Shown: piece by piece, positions 32,373-44,511 of the stretch
Layout: each line of letters begins with the position of its first letter
Numbering within the stretch: the first letter of the stretch is position 1
IMG/VR virus record: IMGVR_UViG_3300029967_000162
Coordinates: 70,148 to 134,147 of that record
Reading direction: 5' to 3' (one strand)
DNA length: 64,000 nucleotides
Source: a virus
Taxonomy: Duplodnaviria; Caudoviricetes
The notes under the pieces: model-generated
Told to the model about the DNA's origin: nothing
Database searches by the model: none
What the model saw: the letters and a program-made list of their open reading frames with translations, nothing else
Position numbers and translations under genes: made by a program

Positions 32373-32606
32373 ATGGCAAATGAGATAAGTCCGAAAGGGA
32401 AGTTCTATGAGGTGTCGATTGAGGTCCTCAATGAAGTGCCTGGAAAGAAAGGTGAAGTGAAGATCAAGAAGGAACATGAGACACACCTTGTAGATGCATC
32501 AAGTCCAACTGAGGTAGAGACTAAGGTCAAGGAAGAGATGGCAGGAGAGATGTATGAGTGGAAGATCCTCTCGATACGTGTGTCAAAGATCCTTGTAGTC
32601 TACTAA
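32373..32606 (+). CDS. DUF4494-like small protein
   Basis: KKEHETHLVDASSPTEVE resembles the Bacteroidota DUF4494 family. Confidence 0.5.
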   Translation: MANEISPKGKFYEVSIEVLNEVPGKKGEVKIKKEHETHLVDASSPTEVETKVKEEMAGEMYEWKILSIRVSKILVVY

Positions 32607-32695
32607 GTACAATAACTTTAATTTCAAAGAGCTCAAGCAGTGCCATGCTTGAGCTCTTCTTGGTTTATGATGATACACGAGTGGAGAACCTTCTC

Positions 32696-33142
32696 CTATT
32701 CTTCTGGAAGTACCAGGTAGCATCCACCTGTAGAGGTATAATGCACTTTCACACCACCTGGAGCATGCTTGTTTGCCCAAGCCTCAGTGTAGAAGTCATA
32801 GTAGCAGTCACAGCTAGAGAGTGCTGCATGGAGCACAGATGGCAACCCAATGATGAGAAGGTAGAACGGGCCAAGCAGATGTGAGTCTCAGCAATGCCCA
32901 AGCTCATGCCTCATGCTTGTCTCTTTCTTTCCATTAGAAGGGCTCAAGAAGACAAATGACCCAAGGCTGATTGCTCCTGACATGCCTTCGGCTTGCCATG
33001 CAAATGTATAGCGATCTACCCTCTTCAAAGTCTTCTTGCCAATGAATGGCATCATGACAAGAGCGACAAGGTTCTGTGGCAGCTGCCAGATGAACAAGAT
33101 GATGAACACGACTCACCACCAAAAGGACTTAGTCTCTTCCAT
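32696..33142 (-). CDS. membrane metallopeptidase-like protein (HExxH); 2 TGA
   Basis: WQLPQNL, AISLG, HELGHC(W)...LGPFYLLIIGLPS...FYTEAWAN. Confidence 0.75.
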
Positions 33143-33175
33143 AGACTTTAGGTTAGTTTTTGTTTCCTTCTTTCT

Positions 33176-34858
33176 CTACTTCTCTAGAGCTTCCTCAAAC
33201 TGTTCTTTGATTGCATTGACTCTCTCTTGCAGCTTCTCTGCTTCTTCTGTCCTTATTGCAAGCTCTTTAGAGTGGGCCTCAATTGCATGATAGATGCCGG
33301 TCCATCTCCTATTGAACATGTTGATGCTGTAGTCACTGAGCTCTGGATGCTGTGCATGGAGTTCTCTATGGAGCATGTGATCAAAGTCTATGTCACTGAG
33401 AGCTCTTGCAAACTTCACCGGATCTCTTGTCACTATGTCTGCGATTGCTGCCATCACTGGCTCTCCATCTTCACTGTATCCTAAAAGATTGTTGGCTTCT
33501 TCTTCAAGCACACTGAACTCATCATTCCACCCACTGACTGCACTGCTCACTTCTCCTGCAAGGCTTTGCATACTCTTCAAGAAGCCTTGGCTCTTCACTA
33601 AGTCGATGTCACCAAGATGCTCATAGACTTCCTTTGTGAACTTTGACATGCTTGAGTTCAAGCTAGTCACAACCTTGAAGTTTATGTTGTCAAAGAAGTT
33701 TCCTTTAGCATATCTGATGATCAATGAGAGCGCTTTCCTTATAGATTGCTTAGAGTTAGAGATTCTTGCCATGCTGTAGTCATATGACTCTAGATCTCTT
33801 GTCTCTTTGCCACCTGCATTGTATGGCAAGACTTTTCCATCTCTGACAATCCACTTGTATGGCTTTGGCTGTATCTGCTCTAAGTCATCATTCATCTTTC
33901 GTGCAAACTCTTTCCCAAACTTTTGCTTGTACGCGCTGTTTGCTTGGATTGTGCCATATGCATCTTCTCTTGCCTTAGTGTCAAACTTGCCACTCTTGAG
34001 GAATGCATCTACATCTCTCTTGTTCCTTGCACCCTTGAAGAGGACTACGACATAGTCATCTGGTGCATTGCCCCAAGATATGTCAAGGTCTTTCAGCATG
34101 CTGATTGGACCAGGGCTCTTGAGGATGACATATGGGTGCTTGGCTGCCCCACAGAATGGCTTCCTGACAAGCTTCATCTTGCCTTTAGACCCATCTTCAT
34201 GGATGACATCTATAGTCCTGTACACCTTGTACTTCTCTCTGTTTGCACGGCCTACCTTCACAAATGAGAAGTCTCCATCATCATACTGGCCTAAGTTGCT
34301 GTTGCAATATGAAGATACTTTCCCATGATATGACATTGCTACTACAAGATCTGGCATATCTGCTTCATTAGTGCTTCCAGCACACCACAAGATTGTGTTC
34401 CTGTCTTTCACATTCGTGAACACCTTGCCCATCTTCCTTGTCTCTTTTAGAGAGTAGACACCTACATTTGCATCGCCTGCTTCAGACATCTTGAGCCCAT
34501 CAGTGAATTGGCCAAACTCTATAGAGTCTGGTGCAGATCCAAGCTTCACAAGAGCTGCATGGAATGCTTGCTGGAGCCTCTCTGCTTCTTTTTCAGCCAT
34601 CTCTATCTCTTCATCAGGCACACCTTCAAGCAAGAACTTGTTGTTGCCAAGGTCTTTCACATATTCCCAAATTCGGTTGGACACATTCAAGATGAATCCT
34701 TTATTCTCTCTGTTGCTCTTGACAAACCAAGTGTTGAAGAACTCTTTCCATGAATATGTTGGGTTGCCAAATGGGTTGTGTCAAATTGTGTTCATGAACT
34801 CATTCTCTGTATATGCTTCTGTGAGGTATCTTGAAAGACTGAACTTAGTGCCCATCAT
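33176..34858 (-). CDS. hypothetical protein (possible head/ejection protein); 1 TGA
   Basis: ORF 33176..34690 extends to ATG 34858 through one TGA; YLTEA motif near the N-terminus. Confidence 0.65.
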
Positions 34859-34884
34859 TGAAATGAAATTTAAGATATTAAGAT

Positions 34885-35916
34885 TTATTTGGTGTTGATG
34901 AAGTCATCGATTGCTATAAAAAGTTCATCTACATTTGTGTATAGTGTTCCTAATGGGTAGTCAAAGTCTTTAAACTCTTTGTTGAAAGTGAAATAAAAAA
35001 TTTTAATGTCATTTGCTTTTGATGCTTCTGCTTTTTTCTTGTCAAGCTCTTGCCTATGTTGTAGATTGTGCCTATAATCATTTCACCATAGAACATCTTT
35101 AAAATGCTGAGCTCCATGGTATTCAACAGCAAACTTGTGTTGTGGACAATATCAATCATATCTAAGAGGCTTTGTTCATTCTTGAGTCTTGTCATGAATG
35201 AATTCTAAGTTTGGAAATCTTTGCACTAACAAGTCCCCGATTCTCCTCTCACAATTGAAGATTCCTTCACGTTTGCATTCTGGGCATCCTTCTCCTCTCA
35301 AATGAAGATATGGAAGCTGCCAGAAGTCTCCATGTTCAGGACAAGTTATGCAAACTTTAGTGCCTGTGTCTTTTATTTCAACCTTTGAATAATCATATCT
35401 ATTGCCATGCGCTTCTTTTGCAAGTTTGGTGAATTGATTTTTGTCTGCAATCTTTGATCTGCTATGCAACTTGCTATTGACTTGTTCATTTCTACACTTT
35501 GGGCAGCCATGTGTGGAATAAAGGAAATTTTGTGGTGTCTTGATGAAGTCCCCATGTTTCTTGCAAGTCAATATTACCGGTTTTACACCTGAGACCCAAT
35601 CTATTTTTTCAAATGTGAACTTATCTCCAAACTTTTTATAAGCGGCATCTAAGAACTGGTCTTTTGTCATTCGCTTGCCAGTATTTTCGGAAATATAAGC
35701 TGGATGCCCAATAGAAGACATCCTTGCACATTCTGGACACCCATATTTGTTTTTTAAGAATCTTTTAGGAGGCATTATGAACTCTCCATGTATAGGACAT
35801 ACAATCTTGATTTCAGTGTTTCAGTTTTTTATCTCAACAAGGTTATAATTGAACTTGTCTCCAAATTTTTTATGTGCAGCATTTAGGAACTCCTCAATGT
35901 TCTTTTTCTTTGGCAT
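34885..35916 (-). CDS. free-standing homing endonuclease (CPxHG zinc-finger repeats + Vsr/DUF559-like nuclease); 4 TGA
   Basis: Repeated ICPIHGEF/TCKKHGDF/TCPEHGDF...GCPEC units; C-terminal LRYD(W)YCP...AVEYHGAQHF. Confidence 0.8.
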
Positions 35917-36075
35917 TTCTTTATTTTTTACTTTTCTTTTTATTTATGTTGGAAGTTCCTAGATTTTTGTCATATTGTCTTAACTTTATGCCAATTTGAC
36001 ATAAAATTTGGATTGGCATACATTTTTCAGATATGATGTTCAAAGAAAAATTAACAAACAAACTTAAGTATTATC

Positions 36076-39000
36076 ATGAGTAAAGTAAAACATGTAGCCG
36101 GAATTGATTTAGGTAGCTCAACTCTATGTGTTGCTGGTATCGAAGGTGGCAAGCCAACCGTGCTAGTGAACAGTGAAGGCAACCGGACAACTCCATCTAT
36201 GATGTCCATCAAGAATGGAGAACGCAAAGTTGGTGGCCCTGCAAAGCGCCAGGCAGTCATGGACCCTAAGAACACTGTGATGTTTGTGAAGAGGTTCATG
36301 GGTGTCCCATATGATGACCCAGATGCGTTGAAGATGACAAAGATGGCTGCATATGATGTGGTCAACGAGAATGGCAAGCCAAGGATAAAGCTTGACGGGA
36401 AGAACTACACCCCAGAAGAGATAAGTGCACATTATCTCACCTACATGGCAAAGATAGCTTCTGACTGGTATGGAGACAAGGTGACTGATGTTGTCATCAC
36501 ATGCCCTGCATGGTACAATGACATCCAGCGCAATGCAGTCAAGCAAGCTGGTGAGCTAGCTGGATTGAATGTGCTTAGGGTCATCAATGAGCCTACTGCT
36601 GCAATCCTTGCATCAGACATCGATGTGAAGAAGAAACCAAAGATCATTGTCGTGAACGATCTCGGTGGTAAAAAGTATACTGCCTCCGCGCTTGCAGCAT
36701 AACAAGTGTAAAGTTAAAAATTGGTTAATTGCGGGCAATCCCTTAGAGCTATTAGTACCGTCATATAGTGGTGACATTATATATTGACACCAGCTTTAAT
36801 GTACTGGGTATGGTAACAAGCTAATAGATTGGGTCATCAAAATAAAGGATTTAATGTCCTAACGCAGCCAAGGTTCTTAGAAATAAGAAACAGGTTCAAC
36901 GACTAGAAAAAGTAATCTTAAGCATTATTGTAAGATGAAATTTCCACGAATGCCAATTAGAAGTGGCACCATAGATAAATAATTGAAAGATTATTTTATT
37001 TTATGGAAATGAAAGAGTTCTTTGAAATCTTTGAAAAAAGTATATTTGATATATTTGACCCTAAGACTAATGAGCATTTGCCATTCAAGTCAATTGCATT
37101 TAAATATGAAGCACCTAAATCTAAGATTCAGGAACTTAGTAAATCTATGCATATTTACATTGATGGTGAATATCTAAAAAATTGTAGAAGATGGAAGTTC
37201 AAATATATTTGTAGATGTGGTAAAGAGCAAGAGATTTGGTGTTCTAAACTTATTGCTAAAATTGAAAGAGGGAAGGAGTTTTGGTGCCAGAGCTGTATGC
37301 AGAAATCAAAATATGGCTCAAGATTTGTTGCAAATCCATATGGTACTTCTGGAAAGAAATTTCATCCAGATGAGTATTGCAAACAAGAAGAACCATTAAA
37401 AATAAATTTTAATGATGAATCTGAGCAGTTCAAAAAACAATATGCATTACGTCCAATTGTATTTTCATATGAAAAGTTTAATGAAACATTAGCAAATTGT
37501 TATTCATTGAATAATATTTTACAGGAAGACCTTAAAGATCATGAAATAAAATTAAATTATGCTGTTCCTTCTCACAATCAACAAAAATATACTCAGCATG
37601 TAATGATAGATGGAAAGGATGAAGGAATTCATTTTAAAATGAAGTGTTCTATGTGTGGAAATATAATAAATCCACACATTGATAATTTAGTTAGATCAAA
37701 AGACCTTTCACATTATCTATGTAGAGATTGTGCATTATCAAATAAAACATATCCTATACAAATATACGAACCGTTGAATATTAAATATCAATCTAATCTT
37801 GAATTAAAATTTATAAAAAGATGTGAAGAGCTTAAGATTGATATTTCCAGAGGTCCAAACATTCCATATATTTGAAATAATGAAGAACACATCTATCGAT
37901 GTGACTTCATGCTTCCACAATATAATCTTCTTGTTGAAATTAAAGACAAGCATCAATTTTATCGTAAGCAAACTAGAATTGGTAAGGAACCAGCAAAATC
38001 AGCTGCTGCAAAAGCTTATGCTAAGTCTATAGGTTGAGAATTCAAAAAACTTTTTTCTGAAGATTTTGATACATTCTTTTATTCACTTCAAAAGAGATAG
38101 TCTGAACTTAAGCGAAAGCTTAAGATGATAGGATAAAGAGCCTATCGATAACATGATTGGGTACAGAAGACGTGACAGTGTGTGAAGTCTCTGATGTAGA
38201 TGGGCAGAAGATGATTGAGGTCCTTGCATCTTATGGGGATGTCTTCCTTGGAGGACAGAACTATGACAACGCCATAGTGCAGTGGATTTGCTCTGAGTTT
38301 GAGAAAGACAATCCTGGCATTGACTTGCACAAAGACCCTATGGCATATTCTAGGGTTGTAGAAGCCGCAGAGAAAGCAAAGATTGAGCTCTCTACTTCTG
38401 CATCGACTGAGATCAACTTACCTTACATCTCTGCAAAAGATGGCAAGCCTCTCATGCTTGACATAACTCTCACACGTGCAAAGTACACAGCTCTCACACA
38501 GGACTTGACAGACAGAGTCATTGAGTGTGCTCGCACTGCAATTGAGAAGGCACACAAGACTGTAGATGAAGTTGATGAGATTCTGCTTGTCGGCGGCATG
38601 ACTCGTGGTGTGAACATCCAAGAGGCACTCACAGAGGCATTCCACAAGCCACTCAACAAGAGCGTGAACCCAGATGAGGCAGTTGCGCTTGGTGCAGCAA
38701 AGCAAGCTAACATAATAGTAGGTGGCACAAGTGCAGATGATGTGCTCTTGCTTGATGTGACACCTATCTCTCTTGGCATTGAGACGATGGGAAATGTGAT
38801 GACAAAGCTCATCGATGCAAACACCACAATCCCTGTCACTAAGAAGCAAGTCTTCTCTACAGCTGAAGACAACCAGCCTTCTGTGACTATTGTCGTGCTG
38901 CAAGGTGAACGGCCTATGGCGGCTGACAACAAAGAGATTGGGAGGTTCAACTTGGATGGCATTGCCCCTGCAAGGCGTGGAGTGCCTCAGATTGAAGTCA

Positions 39001-39491
39001 GCTTCGACATAGATGCAAATGGCATACTCTCTGTCAAGGCACAAGACAAAGGCACAGGCAAAGAGCAGCACATCACGATTGAGAGCCCGAACTCTCTGTC
39101 TCAGGAAGAGATTGACAGGATCAAGGCAGATGCAGAGAAGTTCAGAGAGCAGGATGAGAAGAAGGAGAAAGAGCTCAAAGAGCTGAACAGTGCAGAGTCA
39201 TTCATCTATGGCATAGAGAATGCAATGAAAGATGAATCATTCAAGAGCTTGATCCCAGCTGACAAGGTTGATGAGCTCAGCAAAGGCATAGAAGAGGCAA
39301 AGAGCTTTGTTGAGAAGAGAGATCTTGAAGGCATGAAGCCATCACTTGAGAAGGTGCATGCAATCTGGGACCCTGTTATAGAGAGTATGTACAAGCAGAG
39401 CCAGGCTCAAGAGAATGGAAGTACCGCTCAAAGCACAAGCAATAATAGTTCCGCTAATGGGCCTGACAATGCTCCATATGAAGAAGTGTAA
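36076..39491 (+). CDS. dnaK: Hsp70 chaperone DnaK, join(36076..36669,38160..39491)
   Basis: [26 protein letters not shown]|[46 protein letters not shown]. Confidence 0.93.
36670..38159 (+). mobile_element. group I self-splicing intron in dnaK
   Basis: Exon ends in U paired with G in P1 (cggtggt/gcctccg); P aattgcggg, Q aacgcagcc, R gttcaacgacta, S aagagatagtct; terminal G at 38159; splicing restores DLGGGT. Confidence 0.9.
37003..38100 (+). CDS. intron-encoded endonuclease (zinc fingers + PD-(D/E)xK/TnsA-like domain); 2 TGA
   Basis: CxxC pairs; YQSNLE...PYI(W)...YRCDF...LVEIK; TGA at 37873 and 38035; AT-rich. Confidence 0.8.
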
Positions 39492-39584
39492 TAACAACTA
39501 AGTGACCTTAGAAGATTGGGAAGATGTTGTCCATGAGACAGCTTCTTCCCTCTTCTTTAAAATTGAAAAGTGAAGTAGCCAAAG

Positions 39585-40541
39585 ATGGTAGAGAGAAACT
39601 ACTACAAAGAGCTCAAAGAGAGGATAGACAAGAAAGCTGAAGAAAAAGAAAGAGAAAGAAGGGCTGAAGAAGAAGCATTTGAAAGTCTGTCTCTTGTTGA
39701 GCGATTGAACACATCTAACATACTTAAGGGATATGGGCTTGAATATGACATGTTTGAGCAAAAGATCAATGAAGGGCTGATATGTTCATATGACCCAGAG
39801 ACAACTGTAAGGTATTTGAAAGATAGGTTGCTGTATCGAGACAAAGACATAGATCAAATTGTACGAATCATAAGAGATGCAAATGATGAAGAAGGCAGGA
39901 ACATAGAAATAGATCTTCCTATTGATGTTGATGAACATGTTCTCAAGAAAGTAGAGCATGAATCTGAGAGTGTGTTCAGAGTATGTGGATACAGCCTAGC
40001 AACTAAGAAGATAGGAAAGCCAGAAGGGGCAAAAGAAGATGTTGTGTGCTTCATCTACAAATATGAAGCAGATTGGTTGAAGCCTATTGAGAACATAGTT
40101 GAAGAGTGCCCAACATTATACCATTTGAGTGTAAGTCCCTGGCAAGAGAAAATCAAGAAGGTCGGCCTTGTCCCATCAGCAAAGAACAAAGTCTACAACT
40201 ACTCTGGAAGGATCTATCTCATGAAGCAATCAAAATATCCAATTGCGGCATTCAAAGAGTTTGCATACATATGGGTTGCAAAGCTGAGAAACTTTGAAGA
40301 AGTTCCAGATGAGCTGATGATTCACCCAGTGATCTATAGGATAGAGACAAAGGACCTTCCAACATCTATCAAGATATACAAAGATCCAATGATGCACAAC
40401 TCTTATTATATAAAAGAGAATATCCCACCTAGTTGTTTGCATTTTGACTTTAATATGACAAAAGATTTCATGAAGTCAAATAAAATCAAAGAGGTAGAAG
40501 AAATAAAAGAGAAGATGTGCAGAAGAACTAAAGACAATTAA
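39585..40541 (+). CDS. ART/KptA-fold-like protein, paralog of 9372..10199
   Basis: LYHLS...IKKVGLVPS...RIYLM...YIKENIPPSCL. Confidence 0.65.
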   Translation: MVERNYYKELKERIDKKAEEKERERRAEEEAFESLSLVERLNTSNILKGYGLEYDMFEQKINEGLICSYDPETTVRYLKDRLLYRDKDIDQIVRIIRDANDEEGRNIEIDLPIDVDEHVLKKVEHESESVFRVCGYSLATKKIGKPEGAKEDVVCFIYKYEADWLKPIENIVEECPTLYHLSVSPWQEKIKKVGLVPSAKNKVYNYSGRIYLMKQSKYPIAAFKEFAYIWVAKLRNFEEVPDELMIHPVIYRIETKDLPTSIKIYKDPMMHNSYYIKENIPPSCLHFDFNMTKDFMKSNKIKEVEEIKEKMCRRTKDN

Positions 40542-40547
40542 AACAAG

Positions 40548-41615
40548 ATGCAAAAAGACTATTATGCAACATTAGGTGTGAGCAGAGAAGCTACACCAGA
40601 AGAGATAAGCAAAGCCTATAAGAAGAAGGCTATGGCACTTCATCCGGATCGCCATGTGAATGATTCTGATGAAGTGAAGAAAGACTGTGAAGAGAAGTTC
40701 AAAGAGGTTGCTGAGGCATACTCAGTGCTCTCTGATCCACAGAAGAAGCAGAGATATGACCAGTTTGGCACTGCTGATGAGAATGCTTTTGACGGCGGAT
40801 TTGACCCATTTGATATCTTTAGGCAGCAGTTTGGTGGATGTGACCCATTTGGCTCATTCTTCCAAGGAGGGTTTGGCAGGTCACAGAGAGAGCAGGTGCA
40901 GAGAGGCCAAGACATCCAGATGCATGTGAAATACACCATCAAGGACTTCTACTGTGGAGCAACTAAGACTTTGAAGTACAAGAGGAAGCACAGGTGCCAA
41001 GTCTGCCATGGTGAAGGTGGCACGGGGGTGCAGACATGCCCGACATGCGGAGGCACTGGCATGGAGACTACTACACAGCGCACACCATTTGGCATCATGT
41101 CTCAGTCTCGACCATGCTCTCATTGCCATGGCGCTGGTAAGATAGTGAGAGACACATGCCCACATTGCCATGGCTCTGGATTTGACGCCGAAGATGCGAC
41201 AATAGATGTCACCTTGCCAGCTGGATGCCAGGATGGGCAGTCATTTGGGATTGCAGGGAAAGGACATGAGAGCAAAGACATCAGAGGAGCAAATGGAGAC
41301 TTCATTGTAGTCATCTCGTTTGCAGATGAGAGTGGAAAGTGGAGAGTTGTTGGCAATGACATCGTGCAGAGAGTTGAGGTGAGCTGGCTAGACTGCATGC
41401 TCGGCACAGATGTTGAAGTCACATTGCCAGATGGAACAAAGAAGACTATATCCCTGAAAGAGTGCACACCAGATGGCAAGCTCTACAAGCTTCGTGGATG
41501 TGGTGTCAAGCAGAATGGCAATGAGCTTGGAAGCTACTTTGTGGAAGTGCATTGGAAGCTGCCAGAGAGCTTGTCAAAGAAAGAGAAAGAAGCTCTAAAG
41601 AGCTTGAAGAGATAA
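40548..41615 (+). CDS. dnaJ: chaperone DnaJ
   Basis: KDYY, HPD, G/F-rich linker, four CxxCxGxG repeats. Confidence 0.95.
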   Translation: MQKDYYATLGVSREATPEEISKAYKKKAMALHPDRHVNDSDEVKKDCEEKFKEVAEAYSVLSDPQKKQRYDQFGTADENAFDGGFDPFDIFRQQFGGCDPFGSFFQGGFGRSQREQVQRGQDIQMHVKYTIKDFYCGATKTLKYKRKHRCQVCHGEGGTGVQTCPTCGGTGMETTTQRTPFGIMSQSRPCSHCHGAGKIVRDTCPHCHGSGFDAEDATIDVTLPAGCQDGQSFGIAGKGHESKDIRGANGDFIVVISFADESGKWRVVGNDIVQRVEVSWLDCMLGTDVEVTLPDGTKKTISLKECTPDGKLYKLRGCGVKQNGNELGSYFVEVHWKLPESLSKKEKEALKSLKR

Positions 41616-41627
41616 ATCTATTACATT

Positions 41628-41984
41628 ATGTCTAGCAACAAAATATATGAAAAGGCCATGTCAATGCCAGCATCGAAGCTCTTTGAGGGAGTTGACCTCT
41701 CACAGTGCACACCAGAGCAGATCTCTATGTCACGCAAGCTCTACAACTACATCGCAGAGAGTGCAGCGATAGCACAAGAAGAGAAGAAGCCACTTGATGA
41801 TGTGCTTGATGAAGGCATACTTGGAGGGATCCTTGGAGGTGTAGTTGGTGCTACAGCCGGCCCAGCAATCATGAAGGCAATCTGCAATGCTCTTGGCATA
41901 TCTGAAAGTGGCACACTCGGCAGGCTCCTGACAAGCAGGGTTGTCATCGCAGCAGTTGGTGCGCAACTTGGATATAACTGATAG
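41628..41984 (+). CDS. hypothetical protein with a glycine-zipper-like segment
   Basis: LDEGILGGILGG...; ends TGA(W)-TAG. Confidence 0.65.
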
Positions 41985-42021
41985 ATGAAAGACTATCATA
42001 TAGATTTTATTTTTTGAAGCT

Positions 42022-42432
42022 ATGAAGATATCTAAAGGAGTGTTGAAAGCTTTGGAAGATAAGCTTGGAGAGAGCCTAGCTGCTCTTTCCACAGTAGATT
42101 TTGTCTCTACAGAAGACCCATCTGTGCATGTTGGAGACTCAACTATGGAGCAAGCCTGGCAGATGTCTGCTTTGCCTAAAGACAGAAGCTTGCTCACCAA
42201 GTATGGTGACTCTGTTGTCTTGAACCTGTACATCTATCCTGATGGAGAGCTGCTTGTTGAAGTCTCTGCACACTTTGACCCACCTATAGACAGATGGGAA
42301 GTCATCTACCAGCACATTGGCACAGAAGAGAAGCTTTGGCCTGATAGGTCAACTGAAGACTTCATCTCTAGATGCAAAGAGCTTGAGAAGAGAAATCTTG
42401 AGAAGCTCTCAAAGAGAGAAGAGAAAGCTTAG
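42022..42432 (+). CDS. hypothetical protein
   Basis: 136 aa ORF. Confidence 0.6.
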   Translation: MKISKGVLKALEDKLGESLAALSTVDFVSTEDPSVHVGDSTMEQAWQMSALPKDRSLLTKYGDSVVLNLYIYPDGELLVEVSAHFDPPIDRWEVIYQHIGTEEKLWPDRSTEDFISRCKELEKRNLEKLSKREEKA

Positions 42433-42527
42433 CCTTTCTTTAGCCTGATAGTCTCTTGACAATTTCTTAGACTCAAAGTATAATTTTCTATAAGGTTTTT
42501 AGTTAGTTAAACAAAACATTTAAACAA

Positions 42528-43688
42528 ATGCTTAAAAAATTTCTTATCAGTGCTGTGCTTGCAGTCTTTGCAGTCTGCAACATGCATGCACAGACGACAA
42601 TTGTGGAAGGCAACAGTCTCCTTGATAACACTTCAGTCTATATAGGTGTTGGAGGCATGAGCTGGCTCAACTCTGATGTTGTGAGCCCCAATGGTGGATT
42701 CATTGACAACACAAGGCTCACAGGTGTTGTAGGCATCCAGAAGTACTTCATCCCCGCATTTGGTCTTCGTGTCAATGCAGAGGCAGGCATCAATTCATTT
42801 CCTTATGCTGACTACACTCATCGCCACACATTCTTTGACAACAGCAATGTGTCTCTTGAAGGACTTGTGAACCTCAATGAGGTGTTTGGTGAGTACAAAG
42901 GCCGTCCTGACAGGGTTGAAGTTGTAGCTTTTGCTGGACCTGGGTGGTACCATGCTTACACTACGAAGGCAGGCTCTGTCATCAGTGGCCAGGTTCAAGG
43001 CAATGCAGAGAACTACATCTCTCTTCGTGCTGGTGGGCAGATCAACTTCAACATGGGCAAGGCTCGTGCATGGCAGATCAATGTGGTCCCTGCTGTGACT
43101 TGGCTTGTTGCTGGTGAAGGCCTCAACCCACAGCTCAACAAGAATCGTGCGTATCTCAGTGTGAGCGCAGGTATCACCTACAAGTTTGGCTACCGTAACT
43201 CTAAAGGTGCTAAGGTGCACAACTTCACTAAGGTAGAGGTTCCTTACTACACTCAGGAAGACATTGACAAGCTCACTGCAAGCATTGCCGCTCTTGAGGC
43301 TCGTGAGCCTGAGAAGATTGTAGAGGAGAAGGTTGTTGAGAAGGTTGTTGAGAAGGAAGTAGTTGAAACACAGCGTGTGTTTGCTGATCCTCAGTTCACT
43401 AGGAATTCTGCTAAGCTTGAGCCGACTGCTCTCACTGTAGTTGAGGATTTTGCAAATGAGATTGCAAATGATGACAAGACTTATGTCATCACCGGCTATG
43501 CTTCTGTAGAAGGTGCTGAGAAGTACAATGAGAAGCTCTCTCTTGAGCGTGCTGAAGCTGTGAAGGATGCACTTGTCAATGCAGGTGTAGATGCTTCCAA
43601 GCTCAAAGTTGTAGCTGGTGGAGCTACTGAAGCCTTCGGTCCTGCTTATGAGATGAACCGTCGGGTCATCATTGAAGCAGAGAAGTAG
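42528..43688 (+). CDS. OmpA-family outer-membrane protein (Bacteroidota type)
   Basis: Signal peptide, beta-barrel ending GITYKFG, C-terminal GYAS...NEKLSLERAEAV...NRRV. Confidence 0.88.
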   Translation: MLKKFLISAVLAVFAVCNMHAQTTIVEGNSLLDNTSVYIGVGGMSWLNSDVVSPNGGFIDNTRLTGVVGIQKYFIPAFGLRVNAEAGINSFPYADYTHRHTFFDNSNVSLEGLVNLNEVFGEYKGRPDRVEVVAFAGPGWYHAYTTKAGSVISGQVQGNAENYISLRAGGQINFNMGKARAWQINVVPAVTWLVAGEGLNPQLNKNRAYLSVSAGITYKFGYRNSKGAKVHNFTKVEVPYYTQEDIDKLTASIAALEAREPEKIVEEKVVEKVVEKEVVETQRVFADPQFTRNSAKLEPTALTVVEDFANEIANDDKTYVITGYASVEGAEKYNEKLSLERAEAVKDALVNAGVDASKLKVVAGGATEAFGPAYEMNRRVIIEAEK

Positions 43689-43802
43689 GAAGAAAACCTA
43701 AGAGATTCTATTTCAGTGGGTCCTGTGAAGTGTAAGAGCTTCACAGGATTCATTGCATATAAGATAAATTTTAATAGCTTAAATTTAAGACCCTCTATAG
43801 AC

Positions 43803-44486
43803 ATGGCAATTCTCAAAGGAACACCTGCTAAAGACATATTCTCTGAGATAGACACAGCAATCAAGATAGAAGAGGTTGTTGACAAATATGTCACTATAAG
43901 TGGGCAGATTTGTAATTTGGACAAAGATTCTGAAAATGCAATAGGAATGATCAATACCTTTGTTGATCCAAGTGTATTTGCTCCCTATCCGAAAGACAAC
44001 ATCAAGTGGACTTATAGTGATGGGATGATCTATGCAAACACCACCCAGAAATACACTTCAATGAACTTCATAATGTTTCGTTCTTTTCGGGACTACAACA
44101 TCAACATAAGGATTGGCAAAGTGGAAGATTCCTTCAACTTTAATATGTCTGAACTTACAGCATCTCGGAAGATTCCAATTGAAGACTATATAATGATGTT
44201 GCCAAAGCGTTGTTCTCGAATCATGATTGACTTTCATCCATTCAAGAATTACAAAAATAGTGAAGAGCTCTATCAATTGCTTGAAGCCGCTGTGAAGTGC
44301 TCATCACAGGCACAATGTTTCAAAGGTGTGTGAGACATTGCATCAACCGTTCCAAAGTTGAACAATGCCTTGAAGGACATCTATAAGAAGACATATCAAG
44401 GTGTGATGAAGATTCATCCTAACATGGCAAAGTGGATGAACAACCTTGGATTCTATGACTGGGGCACAATCTTGAGAAATCTTTAG
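43803..44486 (+). CDS. hypothetical protein (ILKG-leader family); 1 TGA
   Basis: MAILKGTPAKDIFSEIDTAI; reads through TGA 44331 to TAG. Confidence 0.65.
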
Positions 44487-44511
44487 ATAAATTTATAGGG
44501 ATTATACAGAG

